Virus record (IMG/VR): IMGVR_UViG_3300025133_000025
DNA from: a virus
Lineage: Duplodnaviria > Heunggongvirae > Uroviricota > Caudoviricetes
Direction: 5' to 3' (one strand)
DNA length: 64,000 nucleotides
Shown here: positions 1-8,570 of the stretch, piece after piece
Layout: each line of letters opens with the position of its first letter
Numbering within the stretch: position 1 is the stretch's first letter
Notes under the pieces: generated by a model
What the model saw: the letters and a program-made list of their open reading frames with translations, nothing else
The model's database searches: none
Told to the model about the DNA's origin: nothing
Made by a program: the position numbers and the translations under genes

Positions 1-378
1 GCCAACAAGCGCTTCCTTTAACCTTTGCTTCTTGCAGAAATCAAGTGATCGCTCTTTTGCATACTGGACGTCAGACGGCTTTGTAAGCAATTCTGACATG
101 TTGTCAAGAAAATCAGTTACCTGCTTTGCCATGATTGGCTCTTTACTCAGCTCGTCAATGACCATGCTTCTAATCATCGTTGTGCTTGGATACGCCTTAT
201 ATTCTTCGAAGTAAGTCATCCACATTGCGTGCGTTACACGCATTGAATCTACGCTAAAGTTCTCTGTGCGAACTACTTCGATCATTCGATCTGCGTATTC
301 CTTGTCAACTAAGAGAGCTGCCATAACGAGATTTTGAAAATGCTCGCTACCAATCTCTGCGAAAGTCTGCTCTGTCAT
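1..378 (-). CDS. Replicative DNA helicase (DnaB / T4 gp41-like), N-terminal part; runs off window edge
   Basis: Not in ORF track. Hand translation from ATG at 378: MTEQTFAEIGSEHFQNLVMAALLVDKEYADRMIE...YAKERSLDFCKKQRLKEALVG, open to position 1. Resembles N-termini of helicases of large T4-like phages; lies in the replication cluster. ATPase motifs are outside the window. Confidence 0.7.
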   Translation of the reverse strand, partial: MTEQTFAEIGSEHFQNLVMAALLVDKEYADRMIEVVRTENFSVDSMRVTHAMWMTYFEEYKAYPSTTMIRSMVIDELSKEPIMAKQVTDFLDNMSELLTKPSDVQYAKERSLDFCKKQRLKEALVG

Positions 379-421
379 GCTCTTGATACCTCTGGTCTTT
401 TATGATATGATATATTGTAAA

Positions 422-1429
422 TCACTGCTTAAATTCTGTAATGAACTGCAAATCTCGCGTTACGCGGCCCGCAGCAATTGACGTAATGCTATCCTCAGCA
501 AGCATGTGTCTAAATGCAAGCTGATTTAACTTTCTTCGCTTTAGCTCTTCAGTGACAGTTTCTAGTAACTCAGTCAATTGCGCAGGCGAAAGCATTGGAT
601 CAGCAAGCTGCATCAGCTTGTAGTTGCGATAAAAAACATCCTGCTGCTCAACAATCCTATCAAACTTTGTTCCATCACGCTCAACAGCCCAAGCTATAAT
701 TTGATCAAGCTCAACTGGCGTTGGCTCAGCAAGCTCTGGAAAGCATTTCGTAATTGACTTCATCCCTAGCCCTTTAATACCTGGGATATTGTCAGAACCG
801 TCACCATCGAGTGCTCTTGCAACTGCTGTATTTGCTGGTGATACGCCAAATTTTGCAAGTACATCGACCTCTGTCACCAGCACATCAGATGCTTGGTTGT
901 AGACATATGTATTATCTTCGTCACTACACAGCTGGTAAAAATCCTTGTCTGACGAAAGAATAAATTTTTCATCTTCTTTGCTGAAAAAATCAGTGGCAAG
1001 ATAGGCAATCACATCATCTGCTTCGCACCTATCAATTGACACATAGGCAATCGGCATATTCTCAAAATAGTGGCGCACACGTGCACCCTGCTCAAGCATA
1101 TTCCTATGTACATCTTCCTCTGTCCCGTGATTATAGAAACGATTTGTTCGAAATGGCTTTCGATTCCCTTTGTAGTCTTTAAAGATGCTGCGTCTACGAA
1201 CACTTCCCTCAGCACCGTCTGTTACGACGACAACATCTGTTGGCTTAAGCTTTCTTATCGCAGCAGTCAACGAACGCAGCGTGCCAAATGTTCCTCCATT
1301 TGGCTCACCTGTTCTAGGGTTGTGTGTTGGAATAACTGCATAATTACGAATGAACATGTTGAGGAAGTCTACGAGGATAATTCGTCTTCCAGTTGGATCG
1401 TCAAGAGGGGCAAGTTTATCAGTCACCAT
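422..1429 (-). CDS. 5'-3' exonuclease / RNase H (PolA 5'-exo, FEN/T4 rnh family)
   Basis: Motifs LVDFLNMFIR, DG...RR..F.DYKGNR, EADDVIAYL, SSDKDFYQL, GDGSDNIPGIKGLG (helix-3-turn-helix). First ATG at 1429. Confidence 0.9.
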   Translation of the reverse strand: MVTDKLAPLDDPTGRRIILVDFLNMFIRNYAVIPTHNPRTGEPNGGTFGTLRSLTAAIRKLKPTDVVVVTDGAEGSVRRRSIFKDYKGNRKPFRTNRFYNHGTEEDVHRNMLEQGARVRHYFENMPIAYVSIDRCEADDVIAYLATDFFSKEDEKFILSSDKDFYQLCSDEDNTYVYNQASDVLVTEVDVLAKFGVSPANTAVARALDGDGSDNIPGIKGLGMKSITKCFPELAEPTPVELDQIIAWAVERDGTKFDRIVEQQDVFYRNYKLMQLADPMLSPAQLTELLETVTEELKRRKLNQLAFRHMLAEDSITSIAAGRVTRDLQFITEFKQ

Positions 1430-2309
1430 CGTCAAAATCTCCGTTGAGGAATTTCACTGCTGTTTCAACTGTGACAATTGCGCCAGCAGAATTTGCATGA
1501 CCTCCGCCATGCGGATTTAATGCAGCTGCAATCACAGACACATCAGCCCCAAAGCTGCGCGCTGACCGTAGCCCAAATTTAATTGTCCCATCAGCTTTCA
1601 TGTACCACATCACAGCGAAATCAGCATCATGCCGAAGTTTATCACCCATGGCACTATGGAAATAAGAGATATTCACTGCAACAAATTCATAGGTCTGGCT
1701 ATCAACAACGCATACAGAGCGCTGGGCGTTTCTTGCAATTGTATCAAGAATGTTGTCACGATACTCTGTTAATTGAATTCCTGAAGTTATTAGCTCCTTG
1801 AACACACTGTTCACAGCAAGCGCATCAAAATCATCAAACGTAAAAGGTACATTATAGAGTGCTGTTTGCACTGCTCGGCTCATCGGAAGATTAAACTTCC
1901 ACAGATCAATATCCTCAGCATACGAAATCAGAAGTGGCTTTTTCTTGCTGCCATGAAAGGCGCGCCAAGCAATTGATGCGCCTGACATGTTATAATTGAA
2001 GTAAGTTCCATCGATGTCTTGACACTCCTCGCGACCTGTTTTGTGGTGGTCAAGAACCCAAACATTCTTGGCAAGCTTCTTCATTTCAAGCAATGCGTCA
2101 CGTGGTGGACATGAATCAATGAAAACAACATTGCGATCAATGTAGTCAGTGGCATTTGGCTTGTGTCCGAAACTATATGGAATGTATTTGCAATCTCTTC
2201 TTGCATGCTCATTAGACCAAGCAGCCCACGCACCAGCCATACCATCGTTACAACCCTCATGATAGTAGACTGTATTTATGCCAGCAAACATAAGATTGGG
2301 AATGCCCAT
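1419..2309 (-). CDS. DHH/DHHA1 phosphoesterase (NrnB-like nanoRNase)
   Basis: YH.GC.DG, FIDSCP, LDHHKT, C-terminal GGGHANSAG. ATG at 2309 overlaps the upstream stop (TAATG). Confidence 0.85.
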   Translation of the reverse strand: MGIPNLMFAGINTVYYHEGCNDGMAGAWAAWSNEHARRDCKYIPYSFGHKPNATDYIDRNVVFIDSCPPRDALLEMKKLAKNVWVLDHHKTGREECQDIDGTYFNYNMSGASIAWRAFHGSKKKPLLISYAEDIDLWKFNLPMSRAVQTALYNVPFTFDDFDALAVNSVFKELITSGIQLTEYRDNILDTIARNAQRSVCVVDSQTYEFVAVNISYFHSAMGDKLRHDADFAVMWYMKADGTIKFGLRSARSFGADVSVIAAALNPHGGGHANSAGAIVTVETAVKFLNGDFDDGD

Positions 2310-2719
2310 TAGAGCTTCATCCATCTGTAAAAACCAACTGCTGGCTTTGATTTATCAAACCTAATTTTATCAGTCACAACTCTAATCCGTTTCATCTTGC
2401 CGGGCTTAAGAATTCTATAACAACGTTTGTCACGTGCAAGTGGTCCAATGTAATTTGCATAAAAATATACAGGTGATTTGATGTGTGCGTTAGGGCGTCG
2501 CTTGAGCTTTTTCTTTGCAGTCTTCATAAACCATGATTTTGACATTCCTTCATATGGATATATGATTCCATAGAATTGCTGTTTTTCAGCCCGTGATAGT
2601 CTATTAAGCTCTAGGACATGTACATGTCCTCGATAAGAAGCATTAAGAACAATGGCACGCCTGTGCGTGCCATTATATTCAAAATCAATTACATCACCGG
2701 CTTGAAATTTAGCCATCAC
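2309..2719 (-). CDS. Hypothetical basic protein
   Basis: 136-aa ORF tightly coupled to both neighbours; no recognisable motif. Confidence 0.55.
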   Translation of the reverse strand: MMAKFQAGDVIDFEYNGTHRRAIVLNASYRGHVHVLELNRLSRAEKQQFYGIIYPYEGMSKSWFMKTAKKKLKRRPNAHIKSPVYFYANYIGPLARDKRCYRILKPGKMKRIRVVTDKIRFDKSKPAVGFYRWMKL

Positions 2720-2942
2720 ACTCCACTAAGTCTTCTTTGCGCACCCAAAAAAGTGTAGTGTCTCGAAAGACTGCTGTTAATCTTCCACCCGTAAAGTCGC
2801 ATAGTTCAGGTACAACAGTCACAGTTTCTTGCTCTAATGTAACAGCAGTTTCATGCGATGGATAAATAAAACCAACAGCACCCTTAGTTGCCAAGTGAAT
2901 TTTTGATTCTGCCTTTAACAGCATCGAATATCTAGTTGACAT
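2709..2942 (-). CDS. Hypothetical protein
   Basis: 77-aa ORF overlapping both neighbours in operon arrangement. Confidence 0.5.
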   Translation of the reverse strand: MSTRYSMLLKAESKIHLATKGAVGFIYPSHETAVTLEQETVTVVPELCDFTGGRLTAVFRDTTLFWVRKEDLVECDG

Positions 2943-4119
2943 CCGGAACCTCCGTTGTATGCCCGCCGCGCTTAATGTACTTCATAACTAGGTGCTCATT
3001 AAGAAAACTAAGTGCCAATGCATGAGCTTCTGGATCTGTTTTAATTAGTTCCATCCAGCCAGAATGATCGCTGTCACTGTATTGAAATGGAATTCCTTCG
3101 CCTTTGCTTGCACCCTTTTTGTGCAAACGTTTTGGATTTGTTCCACTAATATATCCTTGCTCACGTAATACCGGATACCAAGACTCAATATCACCAATTC
3201 CTTCAGCGAAATAAATTGGAAACTTCATCTGCCTGAAGGGAGGACCGAATCTTGTTTTGATTACTTCTGACCGGCAGACCATCCCTTTTCTCTTTAAGGC
3301 ATTCTCACCGTCTTTTGGTTTAATGCGCTTGCTGTGATGCAATCGTATTCTAACAGAAGCGTAATAAGGAATTGTTTCACCGCCTGGGCTATAGAATTCA
3401 TCCTCACCCATTGCTGCGCCAATTTTATTCTTCAAGTGATTTGTCACAACCAGCGTAACGTTTGCCTTATCAAAGTGTTGCAGTGCCTTAGACATGCCAC
3501 CAGAAATTTGCTTTGCAAACATGAGATTCTTATTCATGTTGAAATCATAATCTGCGTCGTGCTGGGCAGCAGGTTTTGTTGCAGACACACTGTCCCATAC
3601 AATAGTTACAGGTCTGTCATTTCCTGCTGCTCGCTTTGCAATAACCAAATTGATGATCTTCTCAATTGAAACAAAACATTCTTCTAGATTGTTTGGCTGA
3701 AGATATAGGAAGTTATTTTCCCTGTCAACACCGAGCATATCCATAAACTCAAAATTGGCTGCAAACTCTGTATCAATTAAGATAGCCAGTCCACCAGCTT
3801 TTTGAGTGTTGGCCAAGATAACGGCGCCCATAAGCGACTTGCCTGCGCTGTTGAAGCCCGCAATGTCAATTACTTTACCTTCAGGGATGCCGCCATCTGC
3901 GCGATTACTAATAGCATAATCTAGAAGTGTTGATCCTGTTGATATAAACCTCTGCCCCTCAAATGGATCGTCTTTTCTTAGATCGATTGCAAGAGGGCCA
4001 CCCTTTCTTCCCTTGTTCAATGAGGAAATTAAATCATCCAGTTGAAAGCGTGCCTGCGCTTCTAGCGGAGCAAAACCCTTCTCAAAGGCTTCTGCAGCAC
4101 TCATTACATCATCTACCAT
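2932..4119 (-). CDS. recA: RecA/UvsX-like recombinase
   Basis: ISTGSTLLDYAI, GGIPEGKVIDIAGFNSAGKS (Walker A), IDTEFA, IVWDSVSA (Walker B), PGGETIPYYASVRIRL. Confidence 0.95.
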   Translation of the reverse strand: MVDDVMSAAEAFEKGFAPLEAQARFQLDDLISSLNKGRKGGPLAIDLRKDDPFEGQRFISTGSTLLDYAISNRADGGIPEGKVIDIAGFNSAGKSLMGAVILANTQKAGGLAILIDTEFAANFEFMDMLGVDRENNFLYLQPNNLEECFVSIEKIINLVIAKRAAGNDRPVTIVWDSVSATKPAAQHDADYDFNMNKNLMFAKQISGGMSKALQHFDKANVTLVVTNHLKNKIGAAMGEDEFYSPGGETIPYYASVRIRLHHSKRIKPKDGENALKRKGMVCRSEVIKTRFGPPFRQMKFPIYFAEGIGDIESWYPVLREQGYISGTNPKRLHKKGASKGEGIPFQYSDSDHSGWMELIKTDPEAHALALSFLNEHLVMKYIKRGGHTTEVPDVN

Positions 4120-4124
4120 GTTTT

Positions 4125-4406
4125 CTATTCTCCGTTTGCCTTTTCAAGAATTCTGCCAGCTAACTCGGCACGGCCAATTGTTAGACCATTCAAGGCAATC
4201 TCATATTCATCTTCAGCGTGAAGATATGCTCCAATATCATGGACATGAACATTACCTGCTTGCGTAAGCGTCCAATTTAAGTCGTCCTCTGCTGACAGAG
4301 CGTTTATCAATTCAATGCCGCGGCGACTTGCTTCCATCTCTGTAATTTCTTCAGAGGTTCGCAAGATAATGTTGCCACTCAACGGCATTTTATAAACGTA
4401 TTCCAC
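4125..4406 (-). CDS. Hypothetical protein
   Basis: 93-aa ORF between SSB and recA. Confidence 0.5.
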   Translation of the reverse strand: MEYVYKMPLSGNIILRTSEEITEMEASRRGIELINALSAEDDLNWTLTQAGNVHVHDIGAYLHAEDEYEIALNGLTIGRAELAGRILEKANGE

Positions 4407-4434
4407 TGCAGTCCAATCTGTGTATACCCGAAGG

Positions 4435-4489
4435 CTGTTGGGTCCCCGACCGAGCTCGTCGAAGCCTATGTCGGTCGGGGACCCAACAG
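4435..4489. terminator. Perfect 19-bp inverted repeat just downstream of the SSB gene (terminator or RNA processing/stability hairpin)
   Basis: CTGTTGGGTCCCCGACCGA (4435-4453) and TCGGTCGGGGACCCAACAG (4471-4489), 17-nt loop, 6 nt after the SSB stop. Confidence 0.6.
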
Positions 4490-4495
4490 TTTCTA

Positions 4496-5251
4496 TTATA
4501 GGTTTGCTACTGCAGCCTCAACAGCATCATCTGATCCGGAACCTCGAACAGTCCCTATTGATGTGTCAGTAGCCTTTGCGTCACCGTCGAGGTAATCAGA
4601 AAGGCGCTCCTTAACTTCCTCAGGTGTTGAAAGACCGTAGATTTGCACCAGCGGCTTCAAGCTTTCCATGATTTCGTCAAGATCACGATCATCATCGCCA
4701 TCGATTAATGGTGAATTCTTGCGTGCAAAATCAAGTTCAGTCTTTGGCCAATTCTGGCCAGCTGCTGGATCCTTCGGCGTCAGAGTGACCTTAAGATCGA
4801 TTCCGTCAACAGGATCTTGGACCATTCCATAGTCCTCATCCATCATCTTACCTACGACGTAAGTAAAGTTGGTCTTATTGAGACGGAACCACTTGGCCTC
4901 ACCAGCCTCTTCACCTTCGCGAATAAGAACGGGAGTAAAATAGCTGACCTTGGCTCGAATATCCTTGGCAACTTGCACAGATGCATCATTTCCAGAATCG
5001 TAGAGCTCAGAGACGAATTCACAAATAGCACAAGGCTCATTGTTATTGCGCTTTGGACAGCGAACGGCGCCCTTTCCTACACCATAATGGAAGAAAACTT
5101 CCTCAAATGGGTAACCATCTTCGCCGTATGGAAGAATTCTGACACGCTCTGTCTTATTCTCTGTCGGCTTGTATAGGTCGTTCTGTCGCTTATTGTTGGC
5201 GCGATCAATTGCGCCTTGGAGTCGTGCACGTAGTGCTTCATTCATGCCCAT
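4496..5251 (-). CDS. Single-stranded DNA-binding protein (T4 gp32-like)
   Basis: VRILP, F.HY.VG...VRCP.....PCAICE (Zn site), DP..G.DLKVT, acidic tail; located next to recA. Confidence 0.85.
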   Translation of the reverse strand: MGMNEALRARLQGAIDRANNKRQNDLYKPTENKTERVRILPYGEDGYPFEEVFFHYGVGKGAVRCPKRNNNEPCAICEFVSELYDSGNDASVQVAKDIRAKVSYFTPVLIREGEEAGEAKWFRLNKTNFTYVVGKMMDEDYGMVQDPVDGIDLKVTLTPKDPAAGQNWPKTELDFARKNSPLIDGDDDRDLDEIMESLKPLVQIYGLSTPEEVKERLSDYLDGDAKATDTSIGTVRGSGSDDAVEAAVANL

Positions 5252-5298
5252 GGGTATGTTTCCTTTATGTTATGGGTGTTTGTGTAAATTATTGTTTG

Positions 5299-5685
5299 TT
5301 ATTTATTTATAATTGAGTTGAGCCGTGTATGAAAGTGTCTTAATCGGCCCTTGTGGGTTGTAATAATGCTATTTCTATGTTTTTGCCAGTTTACTATATC
5401 TCCATTGCCCTTAATGGCATTTAATGCGTTTAATGTAAACAGTGTATTTGTTCCACTGTTTCTATGAACCCGAATCATCTCTAAAGGTTCATTTCCTAAA
5501 TCTACTTGCTTTAATGTTTGTTCATCAACATTAAAAGTCAAAGCAAATCGCGTGTCATCCCTATCTGTTGTACCCAATACAAATACTCTTGGTGGAGAAT
5601 ATGTTGTATTGACATAATCTAATGCTGCATCCAGCTCTACTTCAGCATCAACAAATGTGCAAAGTAGCACACCTTGATTCCTCAT
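5299..5685 (-). CDS. Conserved-looking hypothetical phage protein
   Basis: 128 aa; LLCTF...IRVHRNSGTNTLFTLNALN...VNW; SD-like GAGG upstream. Confidence 0.6.
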   Translation of the reverse strand: MRNQGVLLCTFVDAEVELDAALDYVNTTYSPPRVFVLGTTDRDDTRFALTFNVDEQTLKQVDLGNEPLEMIRVHRNSGTNTLFTLNALNAIKGNGDIVNWQKHRNSIITTHKGRLRHFHTRLNSIINK

Positions 5686-5718
5686 ATCAACCTCGTATAA
5701 GTAGTTTTAACCTACCTT

Positions 5719-5759
5719 ATTGTACAACTTGGTTTTCACTTTGGAACCTTCCAAGTTGT
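5719..5759 (-). promoter_or_regulatory. Possible sigma70-type -10 (TACAAT) overlapped by a 9-bp inverted repeat
   Basis: ATTGTA at 5719-5724 (TACAAT on minus); ACAACTTGG 5724-5732 and CCAAGTTGT 5751-5759. Confidence 0.3.
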
Positions 5760-5776
5760 TAAGATTGCACAGGATT

Positions 5777-5995
5777 CTAAGAAATAAGTGCCAAGTAATA
5801 CGCACCAAATTCATCTGCTGTGACACCAACTCCGCCTGCTTCAACAGCTGCGTTATTAGCAATTTGCCTCCAATTCATTGAAGCAATCTCTGCAGCAAGT
5901 TCTTTATGGTTGCCAAGGATTGTTTTTAGCTTCACTGTCTTCTTCAGGTTCGTCCCAGGAACAGACAGTGTAACCATATAACGAGGAGCACTCAC
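5777..5995 (-). CDS. Hypothetical protein
   Basis: 72-aa ORF, ATGA-type overlap with the upstream gene. Confidence 0.5.
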   Translation of the reverse strand: MSAPRYMVTLSVPGTNLKKTVKLKTILGNHKELAAEIASMNWRQIANNAAVEAGGVGVTADEFGAYYLALIS

Positions 5996-6456
5996 AGTTT
6001 TATAACCTCAAATTTATGACCAAGCCCTGTGAGGTGAGCCCTGACGAAATCAAAGGCTTCATTCCCAGAACCGTCATCAACAAGCTTCAAAGCAACTCTG
6101 CCCTCGTGGCTTGGATACTTCCTGACTGTTGTTAAATAGAGATCCAAGATTTCCTTGATGATTAACATACCTCCATAATAAATCGTAGAAGGTGCGATGT
6201 ATACAACAAAGCGGTCAGCGTCGGTTCCAATTGAGTCAGTAATAAATTCAGCAATATTCTTTTGGTTTGCCATCCAGCGCGCTTCGGCGAGCATCATCTC
6301 ACCAACAAAGCCAGGTACAGCTGCGGTTTGCTCTTCAATAAATCCTTGCAGCTCTACTGATACAGAATCAAAGCGCTCTAAATCAAGTGAAAAACTGAAT
6401 TGGGGTGGATCCTTCAAGCTGAAGCCTGGGGTCGCGATGTTTATTACTTGCTCCAT
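5992..6456 (-). CDS. Hypothetical protein
   Basis: 154-aa ORF coupled to neighbours. Confidence 0.55.
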   Translation of the reverse strand: MEQVINIATPGFSLKDPPQFSFSLDLERFDSVSVELQGFIEEQTAAVPGFVGEMMLAEARWMANQKNIAEFITDSIGTDADRFVVYIAPSTIYYGGMLIIKEILDLYLTTVRKYPSHEGRVALKLVDDGSGNEAFDFVRAHLTGLGHKFEVIKL

Positions 6457-8411
6457 AATCTCTTTCTTGCTTCTGCCCGAAACTTTTCAAAGTCGTCAGG
6501 CTTATCGGCACCCATGTCGTACCAGTAGTCGTTAATTACTTCATCCATCACAACAGCATCAGCAAGTTCTCGCATTCCAGCGCTGCGCTTATCATAATGC
6601 TTCTTAAGTTCATCACGCGCTGCTGCAACTGCTGTTTGCAAAATCTTGCGCCGAAACTTTCGAAATGCTTTTAGGCCTTGCAGTTTTTCATATTTTTGAC
6701 TATTAATCAACGTATGAAGATCACGCTGCATGAACTTCTTACTCATGACAATATTCTTGATCAGCTTATTTTTTCTAGCTGCTGGCCAAATATGCGGATG
6801 ATTATCTGTTGTATAACGATCGCCAAGAAGTTGTGGCAGATGCGTTCTAATAAGATGCACTGTTTCAGATTCACGAGCCTTAATTTCAGGCATGTCAGTC
6901 AAATACGCCAGCTCACCAGCCCAACTATCATTGAAACCAGTGAATTTCTTCATTGTAGACGCACGCTGCCGCTCATACTTGTTAATCTGCTTTTCGCCCC
7001 AATCTTTCTTTGCTGTCACTGCATTGTCTCGAATGTGTGTCAGTTCATGAGCGACAATCGCTTCAAAGGATTCGACAAGCGAAGCATGGTCAATGTCATA
7101 AATAACAAGAAGATCGCCAGCAACAATTGAACTATTGAGATTGATACCGATTTTATATTCGCCATCCTCAACACCAGCTGCACCATTTGTTTTTGCAAAA
7201 AGTTTCTCTGGACCGCTTGCTTCTCCAACAAATAAACCAGCCTTGACATAGATCTTTTGGTTCGTTCCCTCAATCTTTTCATCAAAACCAATGGCAACTA
7301 ACGCACGTTCTTCATCACCGCCAACAAGTTCAAGTAAGGTTTTCTCAGCATCACCAATCTTAATTTTGATATAGAGCTTTCGAAGCAGCTCGTTTGTAAT
7401 TTCTTTCACAAAACTCGAATTGATAGGAATGGGACCTTCGGCAAGAAGATTAAGCAAGTTGTGCGAAGCCTCATCCATCTTCTTTTCTTGCTTGGCGAGC
7501 TTGTCAGCTTCGTCCTTCTTCTCACGCTCTTTATCTGATGTGTATAACTTTATACTAAATGTCGTTTTTGTGTCAGCAACAAAGTGGACCTTCCCACCAT
7601 GGACATCCCAGAAATCATCGAATGATCTGAAGAAAAGAATATCCTTCAGGTCGGGATCCTTGGCAGTCATAACCGCGTTTACAGGATCAACAACACCGTG
7701 GCGATCAAGATACATTGTGAATGCCCGGGTAAGCGCCTTGAACACAGCGTCATCCATTCCCAAATCATCATGCCAATATGGGAAACCCTTCTTCATCATG
7801 CCAAGCTTCATTAGCTCTTCAACATGATCAGAATTGAGACCCTCATGCTTAATCATCGTCTGCAACCATGGCTCATCCCTTGATGGCCTTGGAAGATTTG
7901 ACATTATTGATGGCTGCCCAGCGCCAAGATACTTGAATGAGACGTTATAAACAGTGCCATCTTTTTCCTGGATTGTAAAGTCTGATTTCTTACGGCTCTT
8001 CCCGACGTACTTTACAGACCCAGGAATGTAATCAAGGCCCTCAATCTCAAGCTCCCCTGCTTGTGCATCCTTAAGAAAGCGCTCTTCTTTGGCAACACCC
8101 TCAGGCTTACGATTGAGTGGAAGATCGTCGAGGTTCATAATGAGTAATGAAGACGGCGCGAATGTATATTCTTTACTGCCTTTCTTGACTACAACTTTAT
8201 CACCATCAATAACTCTAAGGACGTTGACATCTGACGCAGGAGCCAAGTGGATTTTGTCACCATCATCTGCCCGCCCAACAGTTTCTCTATCATGGCGTGT
8301 CTGAAACTTTACGTCAGGCTTACCCTTACTGTGAATGAACTTCTTGACAGCTCCCCATAACTCACGGTTGCGAAGTGTGTCTACTCGCCTGTTATCTTCG
8401 TTAATCTTCAT
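6444..8411 (-). CDS. Multidomain protein: putative PD-(D/E)xK-like nuclease region plus HExxH zincin metallopeptidase-like region
   Basis: 655 aa; KSDFTI...NVSFK in the N-terminal half; AIVAHELTHIRD followed by YLTDMPEIKARESE in the C-terminal half. Confidence 0.55.
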   Translation of the reverse strand: MKINEDNRRVDTLRNRELWGAVKKFIHSKGKPDVKFQTRHDRETVGRADDGDKIHLAPASDVNVLRVIDGDKVVVKKGSKEYTFAPSSLLIMNLDDLPLNRKPEGVAKEERFLKDAQAGELEIEGLDYIPGSVKYVGKSRKKSDFTIQEKDGTVYNVSFKYLGAGQPSIMSNLPRPSRDEPWLQTMIKHEGLNSDHVEELMKLGMMKKGFPYWHDDLGMDDAVFKALTRAFTMYLDRHGVVDPVNAVMTAKDPDLKDILFFRSFDDFWDVHGGKVHFVADTKTTFSIKLYTSDKEREKKDEADKLAKQEKKMDEASHNLLNLLAEGPIPINSSFVKEITNELLRKLYIKIKIGDAEKTLLELVGGDEERALVAIGFDEKIEGTNQKIYVKAGLFVGEASGPEKLFAKTNGAAGVEDGEYKIGINLNSSIVAGDLLVIYDIDHASLVESFEAIVAHELTHIRDNAVTAKKDWGEKQINKYERQRASTMKKFTGFNDSWAGELAYLTDMPEIKARESETVHLIRTHLPQLLGDRYTTDNHPHIWPAARKNKLIKNIVMSKKFMQRDLHTLINSQKYEKLQGLKAFRKFRRKILQTAVAAARDELKKHYDKRSAGMRELADAVVMDEVINDYWYDMGADKPDDFEKFRAEARKRLWSK

Positions 8412-8414
8412 GCG

Positions 8415-8567
8415 TTATGTGTCCTTCTTCCAGTGTGGGCTCCCAGGTGTGTATAGTCCTGGCATGGCCATCACAGCCTGGTCATCTTTGTATTTCAGCA
8501 AAGCTTTAACAAGATGTGAGGCACCTTCAGCTTCTGTTAAGAGACCAGTGATTGTTGGAAACTTCAT
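8415..8567 (-). CDS. Leader-bearing micro-ORF (50 aa)
   Basis: Hand translation MKFPTITGLLTEAEGASHLVKALLKYKDDQAVMAMPGLYTPGSPHWKKDT*; exactly fills the polA-to-6444..8411 gap. Confidence 0.65.
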   Translation of the reverse strand: MKFPTITGLLTEAEGASHLVKALLKYKDDQAVMAMPGLYTPGSPHWKKDT

Positions 8568-8570
8568 GCC

